In this document: positions 36,177-50,199 of the stretch, in pieces
Position numbering within the stretch: position 1 is the first letter of the stretch
Layout: every line of letters begins with the position of its first letter
Source: Macrostomum lignano
Lineage: Eukaryota
Length of the DNA stretch: 64,000 nucleotides
Direction of reading: 5' to 3'
NCBI GenBank assembly: GCA_002269645.1
Contig: NIVC01000406.1
Span: 97,494-161,493, forward strand
Position numbers and translations under genes: made by a program
Notes under the pieces: generated by a model
Database searches by the model: none
Told to the model about the DNA's origin: nothing
The model's input: the letters and a program-made list of their open reading frames with translations, nothing else

Positions 36177-37628
36177 GTGAGGCGCACAAATGAGACAGTG
36201 AGGCGCCAAATGAGACAGTGAGGCGCCAAATGAGACAGTGAGGCGCCAAATGAGACAGTGAGGTGCCAAATGAGACAGTGAGGTGCCAAATGAGATAGTG
36301 AGGCGCCAAATGAGACAGTGAGGCGCCAAATGAGATAGTGAGACGCAAACTGAGATAGTGAGGCGCCAAATGAGACAGTGAAGCGCCAAATGAGATGGTG
36401 AGGCGCCATATATAAGACAGTTAGACGCCAAATGCGACAGTGAGGCGCCAAATGAGATGGTGAGGCGCCAAATGAGACAGTGAGGCGCCAAATGAGACAG
36501 TGAGGTGCCAAATGAGATAGTGAGGCGCTTAATGAGACAGTGAGGCGCCAAATGAGACAACGAGGCGCCAAATGAGACAGTGAGGTGCCAAATGAGACAG
36601 TGAGGCGCCAAATGAGACAGTGAGGTGCCAAATGAGATAGTGAGACGCAAACTGAGATAGTGAGGCGCCAAATGAGACAGTGAAGCGCCAAATGAGATGG
36701 TGAGGCGCCATATATAAGACAGTTAGACGCCAAATGCGACAGTGAGGCGCCAAATGAGATGGTGAGGCGCCAAATGAGACAGTGAGGTGCCAAATGAGAC
36801 AGTGAGGCGCCAAATGAGACAGTGAGGTGCCAAATGAGATAGTGAGACGCAAACTGAGATAGTGAGGCGCCAAATGAGACAGTGAGGCGCCATATATAAG
36901 ACAGTTAGACGCCAAATGAGACAGTGAGGCGCCAAATCAGACAGTGAGGTGCCAAATGAGACAGTGAGGTGCCAAATGAGATAGTGAGGCGCCAAATGAG
37001 ACAGTGAGGCGCCATATATAAGACAGTTAGACGCCAAATGAGACAGTGATGCGCCAAATGACATGGTGAGGCGCCAAATGAGACAGTGAGGCGCCAAATG
37101 ACATGGTGAGGCGCCAAATGACATGGTGAGGCGCCAAATGAGACAGTGAAGCGCCATATATAAGACAGTTAGACGCCAAATGAGACAGTGAGGCGCCAAA
37201 ACAGACAATGAGGTGCCAAATGAGACAGTGAGGTGCCAAATGAGATAGTGAGGCGCCAAATGAGACAGTGAGGCGCCATATATAAGACAGTTAGACGCCA
37301 AATGAGACAGTGATGCGCCAAATGACATGGTGAGGCGCCAAATGAGACAGTGAGGCGCCAAATGACATGGTGAGGCGCCAAATGACATGGTGAGGCGCCA
37401 AATGAGACAGTGAAGCGCCAAATGACATGGTGAGGCGCCAAATGAGACAGTGAGGCGCCAAATGAGACAGTGAGGCGCCAAATGAGACGGTGAGGCGCCA
37501 AATGAGATGGTGAGGCGCCAAATGAGACAGTGAAGCGCCAAATGAGATGAGGCGCCATATATAAGACAGTTAGACGCCAAATGAGACAGTGAGGCGCCAA
37601 ATGAGACAGTGAGGCGCCAAATGAGACG
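36177..37628. repeat. 20-bp minisatellite (GAGGCGCCAAATGAGACAGT)n, BLTP3 intron 2
   Basis: About 70 copies; recurrent CATATATAAGACAGTTAGAC variant marks block duplications. Confidence 0.96.
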
Positions 37629-38289
37629 GTTTGAGGCGAAATGATTTTCATGAGGATAGTTCCACAGCTACCAGCCCCCCAATAGAAAATTTGGTGTCTG
37701 CCCAGTTTCCATGCCTAGCCCCAGCCTCCTACATTATATCCTTTGCCTACGTAGGTATGTATTGATAGCTATTATTCCCATATCTATTCACTGCCGCGTA
37801 GGCACAGCCAGCCTTTTCCTCGAGTGCAAGTCAAACCTGGGCCCTGAATGGATGGAGAGCTCTCATTTATTATATTGCTTTAGCCATATTTCACGGGCTA
37901 TGCTCATGTAGGCTAGACTAAGGCAGTGGGAAATTGTTGACCAAAGCTGCACCTGTCGGACGGTTGGTTGGTCCTGCGGAAATGCTTAGGCATGAGAGAT
38001 TGGATTGGGGTTGGCTACGTGAGGCAGGATAATCATTCAAGCCTTTATAATGCAACCAGCTAGAAAAGGAATGTGTACATTGTTCATAAACTAGGAATTA
38101 TTCTCCATGAGGGGGGTTGTGGGCTAAGGATACCTGCAGCTGGTTGAATATGCATGCATGGTTCTACAGTTTTAACTGCCTGGCCTACTCAGATAATGTT
38201 AGAAGGGCCAAAATTGATGCCAGGGGAGGACTGGGGGCTCCAAAATTAAGTCGTCTTCCACATTGCCACCATATCGCCCAAAATTTCAG

Positions 38290-38512
38290 CTATCAAAGCT
38301 TCACCTCTACAGCGTGATGGCCAATTGGGCGCGAGGCGAATTAAAATTCACTTACCTGCGCGATCGAGCCCACGACCAGATCCTGCTATTTAAAGAGATG
38401 GTCTGGGATACCACCCGAATCGAAGCTGGCGTGCCCGGCGGGAACAATGCTATCGTCAGATTGGTGACAAACGCGTCGCGGATACGGATGGCGATGAAAA
38501 AGCGCCTCTCTG
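38290..38512 (+). CDS. UHRF1BP1: UHRF1BP1/BLTP3 exon 3
   Basis: LSKLHLYSV...LLFKEMVWDTTRIEA...VRLVTNASRIRMAMKKRLS; tttcag/C and G/gtacgt. Confidence 0.93.
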
Positions 38513-39965
38513 GTACGTTTTATATTTAAATCGCAACTTAGCCAGTTTATTTTTTAATTGGAAAAGAAGGGCTGGTTTAATTCCGTAGTGTTAAAGTTTG
38601 GAGCTCATTTGGTCGTCTTTATAGCTGTCTATGTACATTGGTGTACATTGTACCTATTTATAGCCGCACCCAATCCAAGATTCTTCCAGCTTAACCCCTA
38701 AGTCCAGACACCTCACTGTGGGTGGTTTTCTTTTGCCTTACATGTACAATGATGTACACAGCGTCTATTTTTAGCTGCACTCCAATTTACGACCCAAGCT
38801 TCCGTCTCCCCAAACTCCAAGCCACCTAACTCACTGCGCGAATCTTTTCTTTAATGTTTTTATGACTAGACTGTACATTGACGTACATTGAGGTTCGCAG
38901 CGTCTATTTATAGCCGCTCGTAAAATCAGCCCAAGGTCCAAATTTCTGCCACTTCCAATTGCAAAGTTTATCAAAGCATCTTTGTTGTTGTGCCCTTCGT
39001 GGACATACGTGGACACTGGTGGACACAGCGAGCCTTTACCCCAACCGACCATCTATCCTAGGACTTTTTAAAACCAGTCCTTTTAATTAGTGAGCTAATT
39101 TACATTGCTTTACCACCAACCAGTGCGCTAAATAAATTATCCAACTTCTCAGCCCCATCTACACTATTATATGCAGAGTCTGGACTCTGAATGCAAGGAT
39201 TCAAAGATGAAATATTTAATTCACCTTAAAAATAGCCTTTAATTTTTTCGGATTTCTCCTAAAAATATGAATACTATTAAATCCCTTATGTTAAATTCTT
39301 GTTAAAGATGATGCATTATAAAATATATTCTGCCTTGGACACCAATACTGCTCAAGTGTACTTTTATCCTGAGACCAGAGACATGTAAATTATGCTATGG
39401 AAATAAGGAAATATGGAATTATTGCTATGTTTATTACTTCCTTATTTTTCCCTCCAGCAAATTTATGACTTAGTATCCCGTGCAGAAGTTCTCTCGCTTT
39501 GGTCGGGCAAAGTGGATAAAAGCGTAGAAAAAAAGATAACAACTCAAATTTGATCAATATTCGCTCGGGCGCCAACTGGGAGCTCTAGCTTATTTGCTAT
39601 TCGGGGCACTCTTCCCGCTGCAGGTCCGCTCAAAACTTTTCCCCCATCCGATGGTGGGGGATTCCTGTATGCGCATATATTTTTGCCAATAGGCTTAGTT
39701 GTGTTTTTTCTGCATGCACATGGGTCGCTGCGACCCGTCTGATTATTGCACTACATACATACGAGATATGAGTCTGCACTTTTGGTAGCTTAGCGTACCT
39801 ACATGCTACAAGAATTGCTGTTCAGTGACTTACCGCAGCATAGTCCAAAACCGTTGATTGTTTCTCCTCGAATTCGAGCTGACCTAACAGTGTAATTTAA
39901 ACTTTATCTTTTAAAAGCTTTGCTCGCAAATTTGATAGACACACTCTTCCTTATGAATTCCCCAA

Positions 39966-40476
39966 ATGGTGCTGGCGCCCCTTGGTGCTGGCGCCCCTTG
40001 GTGCTGGCGCCCCTTGGTGCTGGCGCCCCTTGGTGCTGGCGCCCCTTGGTGCTGGCGCCCCTTGGTGCTGGCGCCCCTTGGTGCTGGCGCCCCTTGGTGC
40101 TGGCGCCCCTTGGTGCTGGCGCCCCTTGGTGCTGGCGCCCCTTGGTGCTGGCGCCCCTTGGTGCTGGCGCCCCTTGGTGCTGGCGCCCCTTGGTGCTGGC
40201 GCCCCTTGGTGCTGGCGCCCCTTGGTGCTGGCGCCCCTTGGTGCTGGCGCCCCTTGGTGCTGGCGCCCCTTGGTGCTGGCGCCCCTTGGTGCTGGCGCCC
40301 CTTGGTGCTGGCGCCCCTTGGTGCTGGCGCCCCTTGGTGCTGGCGCCCCTTGGTGCTGGCGCCCCTTGGTGCTGGCGCCCCTTGGTGCTGGCGCCCCTTG
40401 GTGCTGGCGCCCTTGGTGCTGGCGCCCCTTGGTGCTGGCGCCCCTTGGTGCTGGCGCCCTTGGTGCTAAAGCCCCT
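39966..40476. repeat. 16-bp minisatellite (CCCCTTGGTGCTGGCG)n, BLTP3 intron 3
   Basis: About 31 near-perfect copies. Confidence 0.97.
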
Positions 40477-41464
40477 GGTACTCAAACAAAATGACGTCTA
40501 GCCACTGTGCGAGTACGATATTTAGATTATTGATACCGCCTCGCTGCCCTGAATATTTAAGCTCGATATTTTTTACCCTGACTGCTTGGCGTCGAACTTA
40601 ATTCAGGAAATGAAGACAGAGTGTGTTTCTATGTGAGGGGTTTAGAGGGCATAGGGTCGCCTACGGACGAGGTGGGCACAAAATCCCAGAGTAAGGCCAG
40701 ACCAGTAACCCAGCAAATCCGCATCCCCAATCCCCTTAGTCTCTCTCTTTCTCTCTCTTCTTCCTTATCGATGTCCTCGTCAGGAAGGAATTCAGTTTTC
40801 CCCTATTCCTTCCAAGCTCTTTCCAAGCATATAACAGCATTACCAGTATCAATTCTCATTGAGCTGCATGCTCTCTCACTTCTGTTTATTCAATAAATTT
40901 CCACCAGAGCTTTTATCCTGATTCAATTCCTAGAAATCCCCCGCTGCACGGCGAATTCTGTGTGTTTTAATCTTCTGCTCTTTCTCCACTTCCGTTTGCT
41001 GTCAAGAATTCAGCAAGGAGGAAAGGAAAGGGTTGCGGGTAGTTCTGAGAGCTCTTGTGAGAGATGCGACCAGTGTGATACATTCTCTGTTTGAGCTGTC
41101 GTGTCGTCTGCCACCCGCTTCCCTCACTCTTGGCTCACCTCTCTCTCTCGCTTTCTCTCACATGTGAGCCAAGCGGTCCAAATCCCTCAAAATCATCAGC
41201 TCGTCCTCTCCCCTGTCTCCCCTCTGGGGAAGCCTCCCCCCGCGGCAGCTCAGAAGCCATCCTGCTTTTGCCACCCTCTCTCTCTCTCTCTCTCTCTCTC
41301 CTTCGCTGCACTTTTCTGCACTTGAATGTTTTGGTTGCAAAGCTCGAATGACTAAAGCCACTCTGTTCCAATCAATTTTTTTTAGAAAAAGAATCACAGA
41401 CATCCGCTTTCAGTTGACAATAAACACGCATTAATTAATTACTGATGTTTAAATCTTCACTCAG

Positions 41465-41652
41465 ATTCGAGAATATTGGCCACTAGACTCGAGCTGCTGC
41501 TGGACGACCTGCTGTGGGTGCTGACGGTCTCGCAGCTGGAGGCTACAGTGCTGTTTGTCAAGTCGTTGCAGTCCTGTATTGAAAAGGCCACAGCTAAACA
41601 ACAGGCTGCCAGCAGAGGCGCTGCTGTCGGCGACATCAAACACAGGCCCCAG
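41465..41652 (+). CDS. UHRF1BP1: UHRF1BP1/BLTP3 exon 4
   Basis: LATRLELLLDDLLWVLTVSQLEA matches the family motif LILDDLLWVLTDSQLKA. Confidence 0.93.
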
Positions 41653-41819
41653 GTTGGTTTCTGTTGTGCACTGTTTCTTTGGAGTTGCAAGCAAGACTCA
41701 GACTCATTCAACTACCGGTAGTGCACCTGCTAGCTATTTATGCCCGAGTTTTCGGGTGTTTTAAATTTCACTGAAACGTAGTTAGGCTACACCCCCTGAC
41801 GATTGTAGAATTGAGGGCT

Positions 41820-42116
41820 CCCCTTGGTGCTGGCGCCCCTTGGTGCTGGCCCCCCTTGGTGCTGGCGCCCCTTGGTGCTGGCGCCCCTTGGTGCTGGCGC
41901 CCCTTGGTGCTGGCGCCCCTTGGTGCTGGCGCCCCTTGGTGCTAAAGCCCCTTGGTGCTGGCGCCCCTTGGTGCTGGCGCCCCTTGGTGCTAAAGCCCCT
42001 TGGTGCTGGCGCCCCTTGGTGCTAAAGCCCCTTGGTGCTGGCGCCCCTTGGTGCTAAAGCCCCTTGGTGCTGGCGCCCCTTGGTGCTAAAGCCCCTTGGT
42101 GCTGGCGCCCCTTGGT
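41820..42116. repeat. Second array of the 16-bp (CCCCTTGGTGCTGGCG)n family, BLTP3 intron 4
   Basis: Same unit and orientation as 39966-40476, with the CTAAAG variant enriched. Confidence 0.96.
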
Positions 42117-42134
42117 CACTAACAATCTCACTAG

Positions 42135-42396
42135 TACGCACAAATAGTGCACATATTGAGTCGCCGCACGCCAAACCGACCAATCACGCAGGGCCACACT
42201 AGAAGTTCCTCTTCCGTCGCTGCGGCAACATCAAACGCAGCCTCAGCCACTCACAGCGCCGCAGGCAACCCAGAAGTTGACATCGACACTCTGGGGCCCG
42301 CCGAGAGAATCTTTCGAAAATATGACGTCTCAGAAACTTCTTATCATGTGCACACTGGCCGAGTTGATTTGCACTTTTGCGAGGACAGCAACGCTG
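42135..42396 (+). CDS. UHRF1BP1: UHRF1BP1/BLTP3 exon 5
   Basis: RIFRKYDVSETSYHVHTGRVDLHFCED matches family FDVKETSHHL..LDLHICDD. Branch CACTAAC at 42117; an alternative in-frame acceptor at 42192 is possible. Confidence 0.85.
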
Positions 42397-42471
42397 GTGA
42401 GGAATGCTGTGTTCGATTCAAGAGTTTTAAATGGGTGGCAGGGAGATGAAGAGGTAGGAGAGAGTTCAAAT

Positions 42472-42830
42472 CATGAGAGGGAGATAGGACAGATTGAGAT
42501 AGGAGAGGAAGATAGGAGAGATTGAGATAGGAGAGGGAGATAGGAGAGGGAGATAGGAGAGATTGAGATAGGAGAGGGAGATAGGAGAGGGAGATAGGAG
42601 AGATTGAGATAGGAGAGGGAGATAGGAGAGATTGAGATAGGAGAGGGAGATAGGAGAGGGAGATAGGAGAGATTAAGATAGGAGAGATTGAGATAGGAGA
42701 GGAGATAGGAGAGGGAGATAGGAGAGATTGAGAAGGAGATGGAGATAGGAGAGATTGAGATAGGAGAGGGAGATAGGAGAGGGAGATAGGAGAGGGAGAT
42801 AGGAGAGATTGAGATAGGAGAGGGAGGGCA
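42472..42830. repeat. 13/15-bp purine satellite (GAGATAGGAGAGG / GAGATAGGAGAGATT)n, BLTP3 intron 5
   Basis: Alternating unit lengths visible. Confidence 0.93.
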
Positions 42831-43419
42831 AGGTAGACGCAGATGTCAGAGGCTGTAATCAGCAACGCTTTGGCTGTAAATTTAGCCTAGAAGATATTCT
42901 TAAATTTGGGATGGAATTTTGTAAGGGAGTGGGACTAAATTAATGGCCAGCTCAGGTGCTCGAGCGCATAACAGAGTACTGGGCACTCCCAAGCACCTCT
43001 CTCACTCGTCATTGCAGTTTCAATAAGCAGATAAACAGTTTGGTTAGATTTGTACCCTAGCAAACAGGCAGCAGTTATAATAAACAGCCTGAGCATTTTT
43101 ATTAGCGCAGGTGCAATTTCGCATAAATGCATCCCATAATTGGAAATCGCTGGCTATTTTCTAGCGTATAGAATAAGTACTTTAACTGATTATGGCGTGG
43201 GTTGTGGGAGTTTATCGGTATAATGGGTAGGGCTTATTTCCAGCTTCAGTTACCAGTATCAACTGACTTATTTTGCTACTAGTAGTACAGAAACTTATTT
43301 ACGTTACATATCGGCGATCGACCTAGTAGTCGATAAACCTGTACCAAAATTTAAAGTTGACGAACTGATGGATTTGGTTTAGATTTGTGAATCACTTTCC
43401 TTTTTTAATATTTCTCTCC

Positions 43420-43790
43420 CAGCTCCCTCTCCCCTATCTCTCTCTCTCTCTCCTATCTCCCTCTCCTATCTCCCTGTCTCCTATCTCCCTATCTCCTATC
43501 TCCCTATCTTCTATCTCCCTCTCGCCTGTCTCTCTCTCCTTTCTCCATCTATCTCCTATCTCCCTATCTCCTATCTCCCTCTCCTATCTCACTATCTTCT
43601 ATCTCCCTCTCGCCTGTCTCTCTCTCCTTTCTCCATCTATCTCCTATCTCCCTATCTCCTATCTCCCTCTCCTATCTCCCTGTCTCCCCCTCTCTCCTAT
43701 CGCCCTCTCCTATTTCTCTCTTTCCTATCTCCCTCTCTCTCATCTCTCTCTCCTCTCTCTTCTCTCTTTTATCTCCCCTTTCCCCTCTCT
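43420..43790. repeat. Pyrimidine satellite (CTCCTATCTCC)n, inverted relative of 42472-42830
   Basis: Contains CTCTCCTATCTCCCTCTCC, the reverse complement of the upstream array unit. Confidence 0.88.
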
Positions 43791-44049
43791 CGTCTCGCTC
43801 CTGTCTCATATACATGTACATCTGTACCTCTCGTATTTGTATATAAATATGCATCCTGTATCCTCCTCCATCTCTACCCGCTGTTATCCTTCTTTTTCGT
43901 CTTTCTATCGAATAGAATTGAATTTGTCTGCAATAAATTTATCTGGTCTGTACATCAATTCATCAAATCTCAGGCCTTATGCTCTGATTTCTCTTCCAAA
44001 ATCTGATCACTGCAACCACCTCGCCCCACCGCTGATTTCTGCCACACAG

Positions 44050-44142
44050 ACACGAAATTGAGCGCAAATTCTGTTGCCAACGGAGCAATTCAGCTCACTT
44101 TGCTGCGATTCGGCGTCGACTTTTATCCTCTGCATCAGCTCG
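44050..44142 (+). CDS. UHRF1BP1: UHRF1BP1/BLTP3 exon 6
   Basis: NGAIQLTLLRFGVDFYPLHQL matches family GGAMQLSF..LTIDYYPYH; G/gtgagt donor. Confidence 0.9.
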
Positions 44143-44179
44143 GTGAGTAGCCCGAGTTTTATGGCCTTAGTAACCTCAT

Positions 44180-44510
44180 CCCCATCCCTGACCCCCATCA
44201 CTGATCCCTGATCCCCATCACTGATCCCTGATCCCCATCCCTGATCCCCATCACTGATACCTGATCCCCATCCCTGAACCCTGATCCCCAACCCTGAACC
44301 CTGATCCCCAACCCTGAACTCTGATCCCCAACCTGATCCCCAACCCTGAACCCCAACCCTGAACCCCAGCCCTGAACCCTGATCCCCAACCCTGATCCCC
44401 AACCCTGATCCCCAACCCTGATCCCCAACCCTGAACCCTGATTCAACCTGAACACTGATCCCCATTCCTAAACCCTGATCCCCAACCTGAACCCTGATTC
44501 CCAACCTGAA
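44180..44510. repeat. (CCCTGATCCCCAACCCTGAA)-type C-rich satellite, BLTP3 intron 6
   Basis: Mixed 7 and 13-bp subunits. Confidence 0.9.
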
Positions 44511-45195
44511 CCCAGATCACCACTCATTGACATCGCACCCTGATCACCACCCACTGACATCCCACCTTGTTCCCAAAAAACCGCCATTTCAGCCCTACCG
44601 CCACCATCGCAAGTGTGAATTTCTCTTCCAAAATTTATGACAACACTATTTGCCAATTAGCATCCTGTAACTACCTAAATAGTGAGAAAGCCAATTTTAT
44701 AGACAACAGACAAATATAGCTGACTCTACACTGGAAGTGAGTTTTTGTTAGTTGGATAAATTGGTAGAATTGCACCGAAGCACCTGTGACTAAATTTACA
44801 CATACATAGTGTTAATCATTCGCACTGGGCCTTACTTAACACTTAGCAGGACTCCATTTTACAGCTCAATGGCTATTGAGTCTAGAATTTTGTAACAAAA
44901 CACTCAAAATCAACCTTTAATAATTAAAAATAATAATTAAAAATTAATGAGTTTTTTATATTAGTAAGTACAGTACCTGCACTGCCCTTTAGCTAAGAAT
45001 AAAATTTGCATATTTAGCCTCGTAAAAATTGATTTCTACTGCCCAGGGCAACAGTCTTCATTGCTGGACCGACCCCTTTGTCCTCAATCTTGTCAATTTC
45101 CGGAGCTGCGGCTCCTGACCGAGAGATTTAGGACAGAGTGCTTAAAGAGGCCGCGCATTGTTGGAGCTGCTGGCCCGGGGTTCCCTGCTTCATCA

Positions 45196-46145
<950 letters not shown>

Positions 46146-47324
46146 GTAATCCATCTCTCAGCAGGTAAATTCTAATTTACATGACTAAACATACAGAAAG
46201 TGCTGGAGTACTTGTTCTGCACTTACTGATCTCTGTACCCCTGTCTTCTTGTCTTTGATCTCAGGATATCATAAAAGTCTATTTTCCCGTTCGCTCTACT
46301 TTTTTGTTCAAGTTCGAACGCGCTGCTTCTAACGGATAAAATATTGCGCATCTCTTTGATGATCGACTGACAGACGGACAGACAAAAAGTCAGTCACGCA
46401 TGCAGTTATTGAGAAGTTTACTGAATGAAGTAAAGTGAGACGGTAAATCAGCGAGAGGTAGAGAGGGAGACGGAGAGTATGGGAGAAGGAGAGAAGAGAG
46501 AGAGAGAGGAGGAAGGGAAGAGGGCGAGAGGGAGAGGGAGAGAGGGGAATGGAGTAGGGAAATAAGAGCCCAGAGGCAGGGGAGTGAGGGCAATAGACTG
46601 CCAGAGACACGCAGTGAGACCTGAGAGCCAGTGTGACAGGCCGCATTCCGAGCGTGAAGCGATAAAAGATGCGCAGCTGGAATGCGATGGCCAGCCGGAC
46701 ATGCTCAAATGCGTGACTGTAGCTCAGCCCTGGGGTCAGAGCTCATTGCTGCTGTAATTCTGCCAGTCATCGCATATAATATGCTAGGTTTAGGATGCCA
46801 GCAAAATACTATACTTTATATAGCCAATACTAAACAGTGGATTCTGGGGCTGGTGACGCAGCGGCGAAGGAAAATAAAATAGGGGGGGGGGTGGGATTGT
46901 AATTGCCAGCAGCCACCCAGACCTCCCAGGAGACCTCGGTTAGCTGCAATGTTTGCCCACTTTTAGATTTGCACAGAGCACAGCTCTTCTCTCTCTATCC
47001 CTAAGTATTTAACCGGCATTTGAGCACTATTGCAGAGGCATATTGAGTAGCCGATAGACTCATAGTTTAAGGATTATCGCGTCCTCACCAGCAATTGGCA
47101 ATTTGCCGCTCATCTGAATCAATATTTGATTTTTTGGTTGAAGTTTTCGGCGACATTCTGCGTTCTCTGGATGGCAATGCGTTTTCTGTTGGGAAAAACT
47201 GGACAGATATTCTCATGCGGATAAAGTACATTTACAAACATTGTACATCAAGATGAAAGTACACCAATAGGTTGAAATCTTGATAATGAATATAAATCTC
47301 TATATTGAAATCTGGCCCTCGCAG

Positions 47325-47675
47325 ACTCTGATCGAGCCAAGAATTGGCCAAATTTCACCGACATTCACTCCAAAGCCTATCGCTGGCAGCGTGAACGAAT
47401 CAATCTGTTCAAACAACGACAGCGTCATCATCCTCAGCAGCAGCAGCAGCACCTACCGCAGCTGTGCGAGAGCGCCATCCTTCTAAGACTGCAGGACGTC
47501 TGCATGAGTTGCGTTGCGTCCAGCGCTAACCTCGCTGAGCAGCGCAAGCCGGCGACATTCCTCGGCACTGACAAGCGACGGCACCAGCTGCCGGCCTCCA
47601 GCCTGTCCGTTTATATCGACTATACTCAGTATTATTGTCCGAGCAGCGCTTCGAATACTACTGCCGCCGTTGGAG
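47325..47675 (+). CDS. UHRF1BP1: UHRF1BP1/BLTP3 exon 7
   Basis: DSDRAKNW, LCESAILLRLQD, SVYIDYTQYYCP match family motifs; 351 nt, phase 1/1. Confidence 0.9.
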
Positions 47676-47786
47676 GTACAGTAGGCTAGTGCCGAGTGTT
47701 TGAGACCTAAATTTGCTTTGTAGCAATAAATTACTCGTGGAAGTACAAAACTACGTTAAAATTTTCTCTGGTATCCCTTCTTCCAG

Positions 47787-47893
47787 TCCCTTCTCCGAGT
47801 TTGTACATTCATCTGAACCCAATGCACGTTCGGCTCGACACGGATACGATAATCTGGCTTAGCGCGTTTGCTGCTAATCTTACAAAGAATCTG
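47787..47893 (+). CDS. UHRF1BP1: UHRF1BP1/BLTP3 exon 8
   Basis: PSPSLYIHLNPMHVRLDTDTIIWLSAF matches family PSPNLY.QLN...D..SILWLNQF. Confidence 0.92.
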
Positions 47894-48034
47894 GTGAGGC
47901 ACAGCAGTTTTTATATTTGCTGGTTTCGATAAGTTGTCAATCCTACGCACTGAAGTTTCGCTTTGTTAAAGACAAGTGTGTTGAATAACTATCAGTTAAT
48001 AGAACTGCCTGCTGTTTGTAATTTATTCCAGCAC

Positions 48035-48620
48035 AATCCAGCCGCCTCACACCCTTTCCTACCCACCCCTCAATCCAGCCGCCTCACACCCTTTCCTACC
48101 CACCCCTCGATCCAGCCGCCCTACACCCTTTCCTACCCCCCCCCTCAATCCGGCTGCCTCACACCCTTTCCTACCCACCCCTCGATCCAGCCGCCTCACA
48201 CCCTTTCCTACCCACCCCTCAATCCAGCCGCCCTACACCCTTTCCTACCCACCCCTCAATCCAGCCGCATCACACCCTTTCCTACCCACCCCTCAATCCA
48301 GCCGCATCACACCCTTTCCTACCCACCCATCAATCCAGCCGCCCTACACCCTTTCCTACCCACCCCTCAATCCAGCCGCCCTACACCCTTTCCTACCCAC
48401 CCTCAATCCAGCCGCCCTACACCCTTTCCTACCCACCCCTCAATCCAGCCGCCCTACACCCTTTCCTACCCACCCTCAATCCAGCCGCCCTACACCCTTT
48501 CCTACCCACCCTCAATCCAGCCGCCCTACACCCTTTCCTACCCACCCCTCAATCCGGCTGCCTCACACCCTTTCCTACCCACCCCTCAATCCAGCCGCCC
48601 TGCACCCTTCCCTACCCACG
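48035..48620. repeat. 36/37-bp minisatellite (CACACCCTTTCCTACCCACCCCTCAATCCAGCCGCCT)n, BLTP3 intron 8
   Basis: About 16 copies. Confidence 0.95.
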
Positions 48621-49205
48621 CCCAATCGGGCCAAATAACTCCCTTTTTATTAATATCCTACTTTTTCCAAGCCAACAAACACGATCTCACCCAAAATGAA
48701 AAGCGCGTATCCATTGACTTTACTAAAATTGCGCTCAAAGCCCTGCTTTTGAATTAAAAAGAACTAAAATTTGTGTATTGCGTTTTGCCCAAGAAAATCT
48801 TCTCATTGTTGCTTTCTATGTTTGTAAGCATCAACGCAACTCTACTGTTAGGCTTTATACAGTTCCCTCTATTTTTCGAGGCTGACCCAGCATCACATTC
48901 CTAACACATCATCAACCCTGTCAAGTTGATCAGACTGTGAACAAATCACTCTGTTAATAGAAGTACACACTTAATAGCATGCACACATTAGATTTGCCAT
49001 AGCTACGAGCGTAATAATTGCAATTACTAAGCGACTAGAAATGAATATAATCACCCTTGCTTGCACTGTTTGAACACCTCAGACCCTGTAACCCGCTACC
49101 TATCTTCTGCCTTAACAATTTAACAGCAATAGCGCCACTGCACAAAAAACCAAGTATAACCGACTTAATAAGAATAATAATGATAATAATAATAGTATTA
49201 ATAAC

Positions 49206-49236
<31 letters not shown>

Positions 49237-50029
49237 TTTAACACTTTCTCTCCCAAAACTTAAGGATAAATCGTTGCAAGTGTTCAACAACACCAGTTGC
49301 AATGTCATCTATGATAGTGTAAGATACAAATATAATGTACAACAGTTAAGTGGGATATGAAGAATTTTGAGAGGGAGAATTTTTGTTTAAATTTTAAAGA
49401 ACTCATTAGTAAGCAATTAATAACATCAGCTTTTCAACTGAATTATTTTCCGTAATTGTGCTACGTTCATATATATTTTCATAATTTTTGTTCTCTTTAG
49501 CTGAATATTCGTAAGACCTGTGACAGATACCAACTTTGAATCTTGGTGTTTAAGATGTACGCGTAAATGATTTTCATTGATAAGAGTGAGTGATTGAGCG
49601 AGCGAGTGAGGAAATGAGTGAATGAGTGAATGAGTGAGTGAGTATTATATTCGCCTGTTTAAAATCGGTTTCAATAGCCATAATTCTTTTAGCGCGTCGC
49701 ATCGCTTTGCATTAAATATTCATAATTTATTACTTGCAATATTATTCTGCAGTGATTTCAGTACACTAATTAGTTATCTGTTGTTGAACTTTAAGGTAAT
49801 GAGGAAATGTTGAATTGAGGAGGTTTTTTGGCAAAAGAAAGTTTTTGTGATTGTTGATTAATATTTCTTACTTTTCTTTAAACTACGTCGGCTTTTGGTG
49901 CTATTGATTTTGATGTCATTTTAAATAACACATTGCAGTATTTCTGCTGCCTATCTATAATATACATTGATCTTTTAATTAGAAAAGCTAACACGGATTT
50001 CAATTGTGAAAAAACTTCTAATTGCTTAG

Positions 50030-50107
50030 GACCGACTACAGACTGACAATGGTGCCAGACCTGAGGACCCAACGGTTGACATCCTGTCCGAGTTCTCGTT
50101 TCCCAGG
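50030..50107 (+). CDS. UHRF1BP1: UHRF1BP1/BLTP3 exon 9
   Basis: DRLQTDNGARPEDPTVDILSEFSFPR; ttag/G and AGG/gtgagt; phase 0/0. Confidence 0.8.
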
Positions 50108-50199
50108 GTGAGTTTTATACCGGGAGCAAATGTTTTTTCTACGAAGTAAATTCCCATAGACCTACAGACTATGACTAGCACAACGCACCTTTTCAAAAG

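Noticed and set aside
47771-47778. GTATCCCT resembling a U12-type donor
   Set aside because: Lies in the pyrimidine tract of a normal acceptor, mismatches the U12 consensus, and is not needed by the gene model.
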